Source: Azolla caroliniana
Lineage: Eukaryota > Plantae > Polypodiophyta
DNA: 64,000 nt
Reading direction: 5' to 3'
Assembly: GCA_043228905.1 (NCBI GenBank)
Contig: JBHGNT010000003.1
Coordinates: 21,762,001 to 21,826,000 of the forward strand
Shown here: one piece after another, positions 1-10,940 of the stretch
Layout of the letters: each line of letters opens with the position of its first letter
How positions within the stretch are numbered: the first letter of the stretch is position 1
The notes under the pieces: generated by a model
Database searches by the model: none
The model's input: only the letters and a program-made list of their open reading frames with translations
What the model was told of the DNA's origin: nothing
Translations under genes and position numbers: made by a program

Positions 1-509
1 TCAACCACACATGAATTGTACTAGCAATCGAAGAGGAGTTTTCGTATGACACAAGGAAATTCATCTAGCCATATGACGTGGCAAGCATCATGCTCTGCAA
101 GTTGCATATTAATGGATAATCACAAGCTTAACATAATGCCTCTAGAGTCGTGTGATACTCCGAGCATCATGCATCATGATTCGCCTGGCCATATGGAACT
201 GCAAGCATCGTGCTTACGTTGGATGGTGAATGCCCACAAGAATGTTCGTCTAGCCGCATGACATGTTGTGCTCAAGTTCATGTATATTGGCGATCCATCA
301 AGATGTGGGATTATGTGTGTTGGGCCCATGGGTATGAAGTGCTCGGTTCTGATTCAAGGTGTAGGATGTTCTAGTGCATATTATATGGCCACTGATATGT
401 GGGGCATGACCCTCGATAATTTAGTTTAATGCAGGTGCCGCATTTTAACTTCAATTCGATGGATACCATCCCATGAAGTTACTCATAGCGATCAAAGACT
501 AGTACATGA

Positions 510-523
510 TCATCACGTGATGA
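510..523. promoter_or_regulatory. Perfect 14-bp palindrome TCATCACGTGATGA with a CACGTG G-box, about 260 bp upstream of the FRO-A ATG
   Basis: Read directly from the sequence; flanked by ACTAGTACA direct repeats; identical at 22555-22568. bHLH binding is inferred, not shown. Confidence 0.45.
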
Positions 524-783
524 AAAACTAGTACATTCAAGAATCTTAATGTTTTGTCACTCTATGTAGTACACTGGAGTACACACTTGTGGTAGTACAA
601 GTTGACTTAAAAAAGTGGGAGTACAACAATGGTTGTTGTCAAGAATGTCAACGCCGACTACATAATACATAAAGCTAAGGGCTGGATTCATGTGAACATG
701 CATGGTAGCTGAAAGTTGATGGCCTTTTAAAATCATATCATTTAAAAGCTTGAGTAGCAACTAATTGAGGGAGCTTAAATCAC

Positions 784-3700
784 ATGGGCAAGGCGGCAAT
801 TGCGACGGAGATGGGAAGACCCCATGGAGACACGGCGCGGATCGAGCAGGAGATACGTATGGCACGCGTGGCGAAGTTGGCCGTGCAAGTTGTGATCGTG
901 GCCGCGTGCTTCTTCTGGGTCCTGTATTGGTTTGTATCGCCTGACCCCGCGAGCGACCAGAAATATGTCGAGACGTGGGTTGGCGATCGATCCCACTCTC
1001 GCTTCTTCCGTACCGACGGCCGTGAAGGTAAAAAAAGACCATGAAATTAAGCTTGTAATATATGCAAGCTTTTGGCCATGAATCAAAATGGATAAAAAAA
1101 ACCAAAAGATTTGTACAAGGAAATTTAGAGCTAGGGGTACCGATCGTGGTTTATTGATCGGTATGTGGTTGGACACAGGTTTGACATTCACATTCCAAGC
1201 GTTGCCATTCGTGGTGGTGGCCGTGTTGAGCTTCGCGGTGATAGGCCTACGCGAATTCATAAAGAGGAAGGAGGTGGAGCTATGGTCTTCATTGTCAGCC
1301 GAGGGTAAGTCGGCATTGGCTCCATCATCGCCGTACTTGCGGGAGTGGCAATGGAGCACCTATCCATTGTGGATCGATGGGCGCGTGTTAGGCATCCTCA
1401 CGGCAGCAGAAGTGGTCGGCATCCTCGGGATCCTCTTCTTGATCTCATACAATTTCGGAAGGACCGTGCACCTCTCGTTCGGCCGAATCGATGACGGGAC
1501 TGCGACGCAACACCATCACCATGGATCCTCACTACCATCCAAGTAATCATGCAAATCCATCACTCACTACATATATACATATATGTGTATATATATATAT
1601 ATATATATGCTAAAGATAGATAGATAGATGGATGGATGGAAGGATGGATAGATATGTATATGTATATAGATATTTTTATGTATTGTAACCATTGATGATG
1701 AATCTTAATTGTATGAGGTATATCAATATATTGTCGAAATGTTTTTGTGGATATGTAGGTCCTGGCAGAAGGTAAATTCGGCAGCGTTCTACTTTGGGAC
1801 GGCCGCGATCGTGCCATTCTCATTGCTGTGGATCCCGGTGTCGCGGGGCTCGGTGCTCCTGCGGATTGTCGGGATCCCGTTCGAACGCGCCGTGCGCTAC
1901 CATATCTGGCTTGCAAACCTAATGATCCTCCTGGTCACCCTCCATAGCATAGGCTATATTGTCTTCTACTACTACAATGGCCAGGCAGAACTGGTAGATA
2001 TATACATACATATGTCTCAACAAGAAGCAATCCATTCCTATGCTCAAAACTATCAGATTTTTTATATCCATCTTTTGGTCATGAACTTGTCAGATCAGAT
2101 TCTATATGCATATTTTGGTCATGTACTTTTTCAGATAACAGATTTTATATGCATCTTTTACATCAAAGCATCTTTCATCATGTACTTGACAAATCAGATT
2201 CTATACGCATCTTTTATACCAAAGCATCATTCACCATGTACTTGTCAAAATCAGATTCTACATGCATCTCTTATATCAAAGCATCTTTCATCATGTACTT
2301 GTGAGATCAGATTCCATATGCATCTTGTATACCAAAGCAACTTTCATCGTATACTTTTCTAATCAGATTCTATACGCATCTTTTTATATCAAATCTTGTC
2401 ATGTATGTCATGTCAGATCTATGGATGGGTGACGACCAACGAGAAATGCGCTGTGGTCGCGGGTTTAGTCGCGTGGATATTGTCGGTCATTATATGGGTC
2501 ACGTCCCTCGACATCTTCCGGCGCCGTTTCTACGACATGTTCTTCACCGTGCACCACTTGTATCTCCTCTACTCCCTCTTCTGGATCTACCATGCCATCT
2601 GGAACTATCACTTCTTCGTAATCCCCATGTTGCTCTTCTTCGTCGATCGCTTCCTCCGGATGGTCCAATCCCGGACCGTTGTTAATATCCTCTCCGCCAA
2701 GGTCCTCGAGTCCGGCGAAGTTGAGCTCAAGCTCCCTCTCAACCCTAATGATAATGGCCAAGGTATGTCCTTCTTAGCACTTAAAATAACAAAATGACTA
2801 ACATCTTTTGGAAGTTATGTCCCAACGTCTACAAATATAACTAAATCATGTGCTACACATCCTACTTGAAATGTGTTTGTTATCAGGACACCTCTCTTAC
2901 AACGCACTTTCCACATGGTGTATCCAAATCGCCGGTATCTCCAAGCAACAATGGCACTTCTTCAGTGGAACATCATCACCTTTAGACAATAGCCATGCAA
3001 TCTCCATCATTATCAAGCCCCTCGGTAATTGGACGAGAGAATTACGTGAAGAGTTGGTGGGTCCCAAGCAAGCATCAAACTCTTGTCCTTTCTCCTTCAA
3101 GGCTAGAGTTGAAGGTCCCTATGGTGATGAATCCAATTTCTACCTAAAGTAAGAACTTTGTAGTAACCCTTTTTATGAATTTCGATAATATTGCTCAATA
3201 TAACAGTTTCCCATGTTTGGTTGTAATTGCTATAGGTATAAGACACTCGTGCTTGTGTCCGGAGGCATAGGAATAACTCCACTCCTCGCAATACTTCGTG
3301 ACATTTTGCATCGATACAAAAATATAAAGCACAATGTATCCACGTGCCTTCCTACCTCTATTACCATTTATCATTGCATAAGGAAGCCTGAGGAGTTATG
3401 TGTGTTGAATAGTGTAGATCCTAACCAAATCCTTCCGGGCTACGACACATTGGGGTTGACAATCAAAATTCATGCATATATAACTTCACAAAACAAGGAC
3501 GATTACCACAAATTGCATGCTAAACAAATTGGGGGGTTGGATACAAATCGTGAAGTATTTGACATTTCGACATTTAAGGTATCAGATCCAAGGACACAAA
3601 CCATGGTATTCCAACCACTTGATGGTAATGGAGGAGATAGTCAAGGAACAATTTCCAGCATAGGCATAACGGGGAGTACGTTTTGGGTAGCATGCACCAC

Positions 3701-4545
3701 CATTGCATCTATTCTAGGATATTTGATTCTTTCGGGCCTAGCCAACACCCTTATTGTCAAATCTTATTCCGGACATAACTTCCCGAATTATAACCGTGCA
3801 CATGTAGTAGTGGCGTGCATGTTCTTCGGAGTAGTGGTATTTGGGGGACTTGTCGTTCTATTGTGGTTTCTAATACTAAAGAAACAAAGGGGAAATACAT
3901 CCTCTATAGAACCAAGAAACCAAAGTACAGGCAATTCTCCAGCCATCAATATGGATGAATTCGTTGTCGATGATGAAACACAGCTTGGATTGGATGGGAA
4001 AGCATCACCATGGATCGGTGATGTGAGACTTTACCGTCAGCCGAATTGGAGAGGTATAGACTAAACCCATTGCATTGAATCAATGTTTCATAACATCGTG
4101 GTAATTAGCGTAGTCTCTCTCTTTCGAACTCTTGTTGTTGGTTTTGTTGGTTTACACCATATCATCAAAGTCATAAATTTGAGAGAGCCCAAGTTTGGTT
4201 CTTTTTATGGGCAGGGCCAACTGGCATAGATCATAATTGGTTCCCTCTAACACACACACACACACACACACACTCTTAAAAATGATAACTAAAGTTGGTC
4301 ACAAGTATTGAATACCAATGGTTTGAGAGGTAACCATTGATCATTTCATAATGCAATATGCAGATGTCTTTGATGAGCTTGCTGCACAAAACAATGGTGA
4401 GTGTGTTGGTGTTCTCGTGTCCGGGTCCGAAAGCATGCAAGCGGACATTGCGCAAGAGTGCAAGAGGAAATCCTCATTCTATTTGAAATTATCCGAACCT
4501 GAGAACATCATTTTTCATTATCACTCCGTAAGCTTTATCCTTTAG
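784..4545 (+). CDS. FRO: Ferric-chelate reductase / ferric reduction oxidase (FRO family), copy A; 7 exons, about 816 aa
   Basis: Exons 784-1027, 1179-1542, 1759-1993, 2417-2762, 2887-3148, 3236-4053, 4364-4545. All introns are GT-AG with matching phases; the CDS totals 2451 nt. Heme-His pairs RYHIWLANLMILLVTLH and FTVHHLYLLYSLFWIYH, FAD region QWHFFS, NADPH motifs VEGPYG and LVSGGIGITP, C-terminal GVLVSG...FHYHSVSF. Confidence 0.93.
1570..1670. repeat. Compound microsatellite (TA)n/(GATA)n/(GGAT)n in FRO-A intron 2
   Basis: Read directly; 6 bp shorter in copy B (about 23613-23710). Confidence 0.9.
2052..2416 (+). repeat. Degenerate minisatellite (about 7 units of 41-58 bp) filling FRO-A intron 3
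   Basis: Recurring ATCAGATTCTATATGCATCTTTT...TCATGTACTTG units; same array at about 24091-24453. Confidence 0.85.
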
Positions 4546-4965
4546 ATACCAACCTCCTCCCTCCTTGCGGGTCGATAATTATGATTTCCGTCGTGTGCTG
4601 GTTTCTTATCAATGCCTCACTTCATTATGTATATAGAAGCATAAATCGAGATGTTGCATTGATGCTTTGCACATATGGTATTTTCGAAATGTTTTGCGGA
4701 ATGGTGAAGATCTCACACAAGTTACATAATACAAAGCCTTTACTGTCCTTATAATTCCCATCCTTGTGGTTATACTCATCTAATACAATTTACCACCAAT
4801 TACATGTATTGGCTCTTTCTTCCAGAATATTAATGGAAAACTCGTATACTCTAGATATCTTCAAAGAGGTGTCCCTTAATCCCCTAGATTGAGTTTGTTA
4901 AAAACGTGTATCATGCCACACATCATTCAACACAATAATGCATTGGCACTCATACTATGATACTA

Positions 4966-5976
4966 TGTCGTGAAGATTTTCGGCAATAGTGTGAAAATCC
5001 CATAAAACGTACGAAATCGAGTATAAATCACATAGTACAATAATTGTGAAGATAACATTTTAAATAGATTTAATATCTAAGTACAAAATGATGGAGGTTT
5101 CGAATGCACTTTATTACACGAGAAACGGACAACTAAATGTCAAGATATGAGGGTATAAAGTTTGTGAAAGGAAAAGAGAAAATTGTGAGATATCCCACAT
5201 AGGCACGACAAATACAGCTCTCATCATATATAAGGTGGCGCAAAAGATATTATCTTTGTGTCTATGTGTGGAGCATAGGGAGTTCAAGGTAACTTGAACT
5301 AAGAGTGGAGGTGGGCTAGCTACTCATAAAGGGTTTTGGCCAACCAAAACCGGACCGGTGATCCGGCGAGGCACCGGTAACCAACGACATCCGGCAAACT
5401 GGCGTCCGGCGACTAGATAAATAAATATATATACATATTTACATATACAAGGAGGGCAAGTAAGGATTCGAACCTTGCACCTCCAAGTTAAGAGTCAATT
5501 GGCTTACCATTAAGCCGTGCTATTTAGTTGAAATTATATTTCTATCATTGTACTTTTACATGTAAATTCTCATACATGAGAGCTAAAATGAGTGACATGG
5601 TTATCATGCACCACATGTAATACTTAAGCGCCAAATGGCAAACATGCAATTTATGCATGTCTTGTACCCTCACATGCATCATATGCATGAGAGCATCTAT
5701 AAAAGAGGGAAGGGGGAGGAGAAAAAGGACGGTTTTTTATTATTATGAAATTAAGAAGAAGAAATTCTTTATCAAATTGATGGTGTAACTTGTTTCTTAA
5801 ATCCAAAGATAAAAAGTTCAATCGATCTTTCTCAATCGTTTAATCTCAACTTCTCTCTTTCCCAATCTATCATAAGTACTTTCTCGCCAAAGCTTGTATC
5901 GACTCTAAATCCTTCTGGTCCAGAACCCCGACGGTTCCGCCTCACGATCCGCGCGTAGTGACGGATCTTCACGACA
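4966..5976 (+). mobile_element. Solo LTR (1011 bp) inserted 3' of FRO-A and absent from copy B
   Basis: TG...CA ends with a 12-bp inverted repeat (TGTCGTGAAGAT / ATCTTCACGACA). Flanks ACTA / ACGA form a 4-bp TSD with one mismatch; the empty site GAT-ACGA-GGAAAC is at about 26989-27001. TATA-like CTATAAAAG at about 5697. Confidence 0.8.
5452..5520 (-). other. Degenerate tRNA-like (Lys-CTT-like) sequence / Pol III A+B box inside the solo LTR
   Basis: Minus strand reads GCACGGCTTAATGGTAAGCCAATTGACTCTTAACTTGGAGGTGCAAGGTTCGAATCCTTACTTGCCC. It has a D-arm hairpin GGCTTA/TAAGCC, a CTCTTAA loop and B-box GGTTCGAATCC, but no acceptor stem. Confidence 0.55.
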
Positions 5977-6679
5977 ACGAGGAAACACTACACCTATACT
6001 AAAAGCATTCTATATTGAAAGAAATAAAAGTGATGTTGTTTCTAATACCTTTACCTTATTCTTTGTTTGTGTTGACTAATATTTTTTTGCAAGAATTTCT
6101 CGAGGAGGTGATTTTTGGTGGGATTTATTTTTGGCGAGATAACTATAGAAGTGCATGGATTTTATTGGTACTATATATATGGCATTTCAATCATTTTTAT
6201 ATGAGCATTTCACAACCTTGATACATGGGTTATCTATAACATATACTTTATTGTGAACCATATTGGTAACTAAATTTCTACCTTGTTTGTGTAGATAATA
6301 ATCATGTGACTTAACTAGACGGTACTCAATAGTGTGATGTAAGCATGTAATGTGATGGTGTGGCAAATGTAAGCATCGAACTGAGTTAAAACAATGCATT
6401 CAAATGGATCACAAAAGGAAAATGACTCTCTTTGTAATCAAAGGACACTCCTATAGTATAATTTGTGTTCTCTCCATTACTTTGCTACCTTGTTGATTGT
6501 CTATACGTTTCACTCAATAAGAGGGAGAAGATTTTGCCAATGGTTTTGCTAGTGTTGTGTTGTGAAAGTGCCCAATATCCCTTGAGGATGTGAAGTTTGC
6601 CTTTTTGAATGGATATATCGTGGACAATGCATTCAAGGAGGAGCTACAATTATGTTTTAATATACCTTATTCAAAAGCA

Positions 6680-9091
6680 CACGAAACGGTCGCCCATTTC
6701 ACGATCCAGTTTCAGGATCTCTACTGACAACTGGCCAATGATGTTTCCGCTCATCACATTCTGGACACCTTCCTTTCCAGCCTACGGGAGCCTCTATAGG
6801 CGACTCTCGCACTTACCGATTTCTCGAACTAGACAATCGAGCAAGTCATCGCACGCGTCCATGCCATCAATCAGACACAACATACAATGGCTTTCTCCAT
6901 GGGCTCTTTGCAAAGCACTCTTCCTTAGGAAGACAACCGGTTCCGACAAGCCCTCCAATGCACAGTCTGTTCGGGCTCAGGCCATCTGGCTCTTGAGTGC
7001 CCTCACTGGCCAAATTGTCCAATCTGTAAGTTCTGATCCCACACGGTCGAACAACGCGAATACAACATGCTCAACCGCACATGGTCGAACAATGCGAATA
7101 CAACGATGGCTCCGGTTCGCTAGATCGAGCCTCAAAATACTTACTCACACTAGGACGAACGTCAATCATACCGACATCTGGAGAACAAGTGACCACGATT
7201 CTCAGATCGTTGGCGCCGCGAGGACGACTACTGTCGCCACGATAACCGCTACCGCCACGATAATCGCAGGAGATTGGACGACCGCCGTGACCATGACCAT
7301 GATGACCAATATAGAGCAAGAGATGAGTATGACCGGTACGATCAGCAGTATTCACGAAACGATAGAAAAACCTCTTACAAAGGTTCACGGAACAATCGAC
7401 GACAGAACAACAATCGTCATTGGGACCCCCCTCTAAATGTCCCAAACAACATGCCACGGGCCAACACGCCTATACAAGTGGCCGAGAACCACTCACAACC
7501 TTTCCCACACACTGAGCACGGTGACACCAACAACTCGGCATTCGTTACCTGCTTTAAGTGTAACCAACCCGGCCACTACGCTACCCAATGCCCAACCGGC
7601 CGTGAATACTATTATGGCCGACGTTCAACACGTCACTACACGTAGCAAGACCTAAGCCAGCCAATGGCAAGAACAAGATGACGTGCAACAAGCAGCGAAG
7701 GAATGGATGGAGATGGCCAATAAAAACAACGTGGAACGGATGCACACAGAGATGCAGGACGTGACCATCGGCACACCACCGCTTGCAGGACCATCCACCG
7801 TGGTAGAAGATGACCATCTGTGGGAAGTCCTTAATAGTGCTAGGATTTCGCTGCCATTGCATAAGCTTTTACCGCTCATGCCGTGCTTTCACGACTAACG
7901 ACAAATCGGTCGCACCCCCTGTTAACCTGAGAGAGCCAGGAATGGGCCCACCCATCATGGATTCCTAGAATCTAGCCGTGAAAATCATGATTAAAGGACA
8001 CGACCTTCATGGATGCATAATCAACGGTGGCTCTGGTGTCAATGTCATCAGCGAGGCCACATGTCACACACTCGTCCTGAACCAATGGGAACCTTGCCCC
8101 TTTCAGCTTCGGATGGCCAATACGCGATCAGTTCGCCCCATCGGGTTAATCCGCCACCTTGATTTCACGTTAGACGGCCACATGTTCACTATCTAGGTAG
8201 TCGTGTTACGCCTCGAAGCTTCGGGGGCCGACCCTGGCTGCGCACAACAAATATTAAACAACATTGGCAGGGAATATGATCTCTTTTTACCGGGGGAAGA
8301 TCAACGTACGGGTAATAATAGAAGAACGCCTAACCACGCCCCACAACACCACACCCTTATACGTGGAAGGGGTACACATGCTCGACGGCTTAGCCGACGA
8401 AGAGGTGGATGACTTCCTGGAAGATCATCCCACTATCATACCCCTCTTCGAAATAAACGCCATCTCGGGTTTCGACACACCACCGGACGAGTATATCATG
8501 ACAAATTCACTTCCCCAGGACGAGGTTGATTCCACAACTATCACGGAGTAACGACAAGCTCGGGACGCGTTTGAACGAGAACTCGCCATCTCCCAACGAG
8601 TCAAAGCATCAACGCTCGAGTCACTGAACCTCGGCTCCGACGAGAACCCACGTACACTACAAATCGCTAATTACTTACTAGCCGACAAATGGTCAGCCCT
8701 GATACACATGCTCACAGAATATCAAAATGTATTCGCATGGTCTTACACTGATATAAATGGATTGGATCCCCAATTTTACCAACACGAAGTACACCTCCTG
8801 CCGGACACTCGGCCGATCCAACAACGACGGTACCATATAAACCCCAACTACGCGGCTAAGGTCAAAGAGGAAATCGACAAACTCCTTCGAGTAGGCTTTA
8901 TACGCCTAGTAAAAAGAGCCACATGGTTAAGCCCAATCATCGTCGTCCCCAAGAAAAACGGGAAAATCCGCATTTGTGTTGATTACCGCAAACTCAATGC
9001 CGTGACAGTCACGAATGGGTTTCCTCTTCCGTTCACGGATAGTGTCCTTGACACCGTGGCTAGTCATGAATGCTATAGTTTCCTCGATGGT
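6680..9091 (+). mobile_element. Truncated, degenerate Ty3/gypsy internal fragment (gag zinc knuckle, protease, N-terminal RT)
   Basis: CFKCNQPGHYATQC zinc knuckle (7274-7645 ORF), protease-like CIINGGSGVNVI, RT motifs FAWSYTD, WLSPIIVVPKKNGKIRICVDYRKLN and SFLDG, where it breaks off. Several stops and frameshifts; no LTR seen. Confidence 0.9.
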
Positions 9092-9819
9092 TGACTACGT
9101 CGAGACTCTGTCCTTGTTGTGGGTCAACACTTGTAGTGAGCATGCTAGTACCAGGTATGACTTGACGCCATGACGGTGGTATGGGATGCCGATCAAGGCT
9201 CGAGTCGGTGTCGATCCCTTCATTCGGGGGTGGTCGAGACTCGGGTGGATCGACACCCTTCTTTCTCTCTTCTCTTATTTTCTATCTATATTATCCTTAA
9301 CATATGCTCACATTAGTAGTTAGCTCTAACAGAGGGGAACAAAGAAGAACAATCCAAGGGTTAGGAATAGAGTTGCGGTAGAAAATAAATGAAACAATCC
9401 TCCCATAGAGATGAAAGAACATTTAGCCAGTCCCACTCAATATGGGTATTATGGGGCTAACATTTGACAATAAGGCGCAAGTAAATCCACCTAGCGGACA
9501 ATGTAGAATATTCCCACAAAGGTTAGAGGAAGAACCATCAATTTTTTATGGTTGATTGCTATAACATAATTCCCACACCGTATTTAGAGATGTAATGTTT
9601 TGTTGTCACGTAGTTCGATGATGAATAATGATTGAAAGTACAAGTTATTTTGTAAAAACTTTTGAAAACGTTTCGAGATTGTGACAATCCTAAAGTGTTT
9701 GTAAAATTATGCGAGAACTTCACGACAATAATTGTCAAAATTATGAACAATATTTTTGTGGTTTGAAAATCAATGCACAAAAATTGGTGCTATCTTTTGT
9801 TCAGAGTAGAACTTTTGGG

Positions 9820-10940
9820 TCAGATGTGGGATAATTCATACAGGCGGGGGGAAAGGATTGATTAGTCTCAATCATATGGTGGGAGATAACTTTAGAGTTT
9901 TTTATCACTTGACCGTTTTAAATAAAGTAGTCAAGTGTGAAATAGATAAGGGCATAGGGTTCGATACTGTACAAGAGGGCTAGCTACCTTCATGAAAGGG
10001 ATCATCTTTATTATTTTAATTATAGAGACTTTGTCAGTGTGGCAAAGCTCTAGCTACATACACGTGTGTCTCCTTCTTCAAACCTAAGGTATGATCCATG
10101 TTTAAACTCGGTGGTACGGGACACCAATGGTGAACCCAGACTTGTCTCTCACCTTCATTAGGGTTGTTTGGGTGGTTTAACACCTTTTCGTGTTTTTTTC
10201 TCCTTAATTTTGCTTAGCAATAATTTAAATTCTTATAGTTGTATTAGAGTATACTTAAGTTTTATTTTGTGTTCTTTTTGTTTTTCTACTTTCTCTTAAT
10301 CCTACAACAATTAATGCATTGCGTTTTCTCGATCTAGGAGCAAGCAATTCGAGAATTACAATATTTTCCATTCCTCTATTCTTTTGTTTTATTCAATCAT
10401 GTTAATTATCCTCAATCATATTGGTTCATTGGACTACCACCTTAACCTTCCAATTGGCATCAAAGTTTATTATGTCTTTCATGTTAGTAATCTCAAAGGG
10501 TTGTTGGTTGGGAGTGTAATTCATTTTCTATTAAAACTCTAGCTAGTTTTGAGGATTTGGCATCCAAGCCTCATAAGCTAGAAAGAATTCTCAATTCTAA
10601 GTAAACGCTTATGATCTAAGCATATTCAATTGTTTAAAATTAAATGGATGGATGGTTCTATAAAGAATGCTATTTAGGAGCAGAAAAATGCTCTTAAAAT
10701 TGGCTTCCCTAAATTGTCATTATTAGAAGCAAATATTTAGAAAGGGGGAGTTGATTACGAGCATAATCGTAACCATAGTTCTTTAACCTGAGGTCTCAGT
10801 ATGAGCTAATTCATAAGGAACGAAGGGTAAGGATTGAGTTACTCTCCATCCTATGGTGGGAGATAACTTTAGAGTGTTTCATCACTTAACCACTTTAAAT
10901 GTAGTCAAGTGTTAAACAAACGAGGGCCTAGGTTTTGAGC
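9820..10940 (+). mobile_element. Degenerate LTR-derived element: partial LTR, short integrase/chromodomain-like remnant, PPT, partial LTR
   Basis: The GGTGGGAGATAACTTTAGAG block recurs at about 9878 and 10855. KVYYVFHVSNLK-like remnant at about 10462; PPT-like TTAGAAAGGGGGAG at about 10737. Related to 17482-18960. Confidence 0.5.

Larger units (their letters stand above)
1..6679 (+). repeat. Segmental duplication unit A (FRO promoter, gene and 3' flank), paralogous to 22046-27689
   Basis: Base 1 (tcaaccacacatgaattg) aligns to 22046. Near-identity continues through the gene and 3' flank to tcaaaagca at 6679/27689, apart from the 4966-5976 insertion. The left edge lies outside the window. Confidence 0.95.

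Noticed and set aside
46-261. 71-aa ORF upstream of both FRO copies (also 22091-22306), considered as a conserved uORF or peptide
   Set aside because: It lies in the duplicated repeat-derived promoter more than 500 bp from the ATG and has no recognisable motif such as the IMA/FEP C-terminus.
775-2761. Antisense ORFs over the FRO exons (775-1359, 2465-2761 and their copy-B equivalents)
   Set aside because: They are shadows of GC-rich coding exons with no recognisable motifs; their conservation is explained by the recent duplication.
5452-5520. Functional tRNA-Lys gene
   Set aside because: No pairing acceptor stem, a poor anticodon stem, and location inside a mobile element; kept only as tRNA-like.
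6609-7436. 275-aa ORF as a host gene
   Set aside because: It is an alternative frame across the gypsy gag remnant and starts in duplicated flank sequence.
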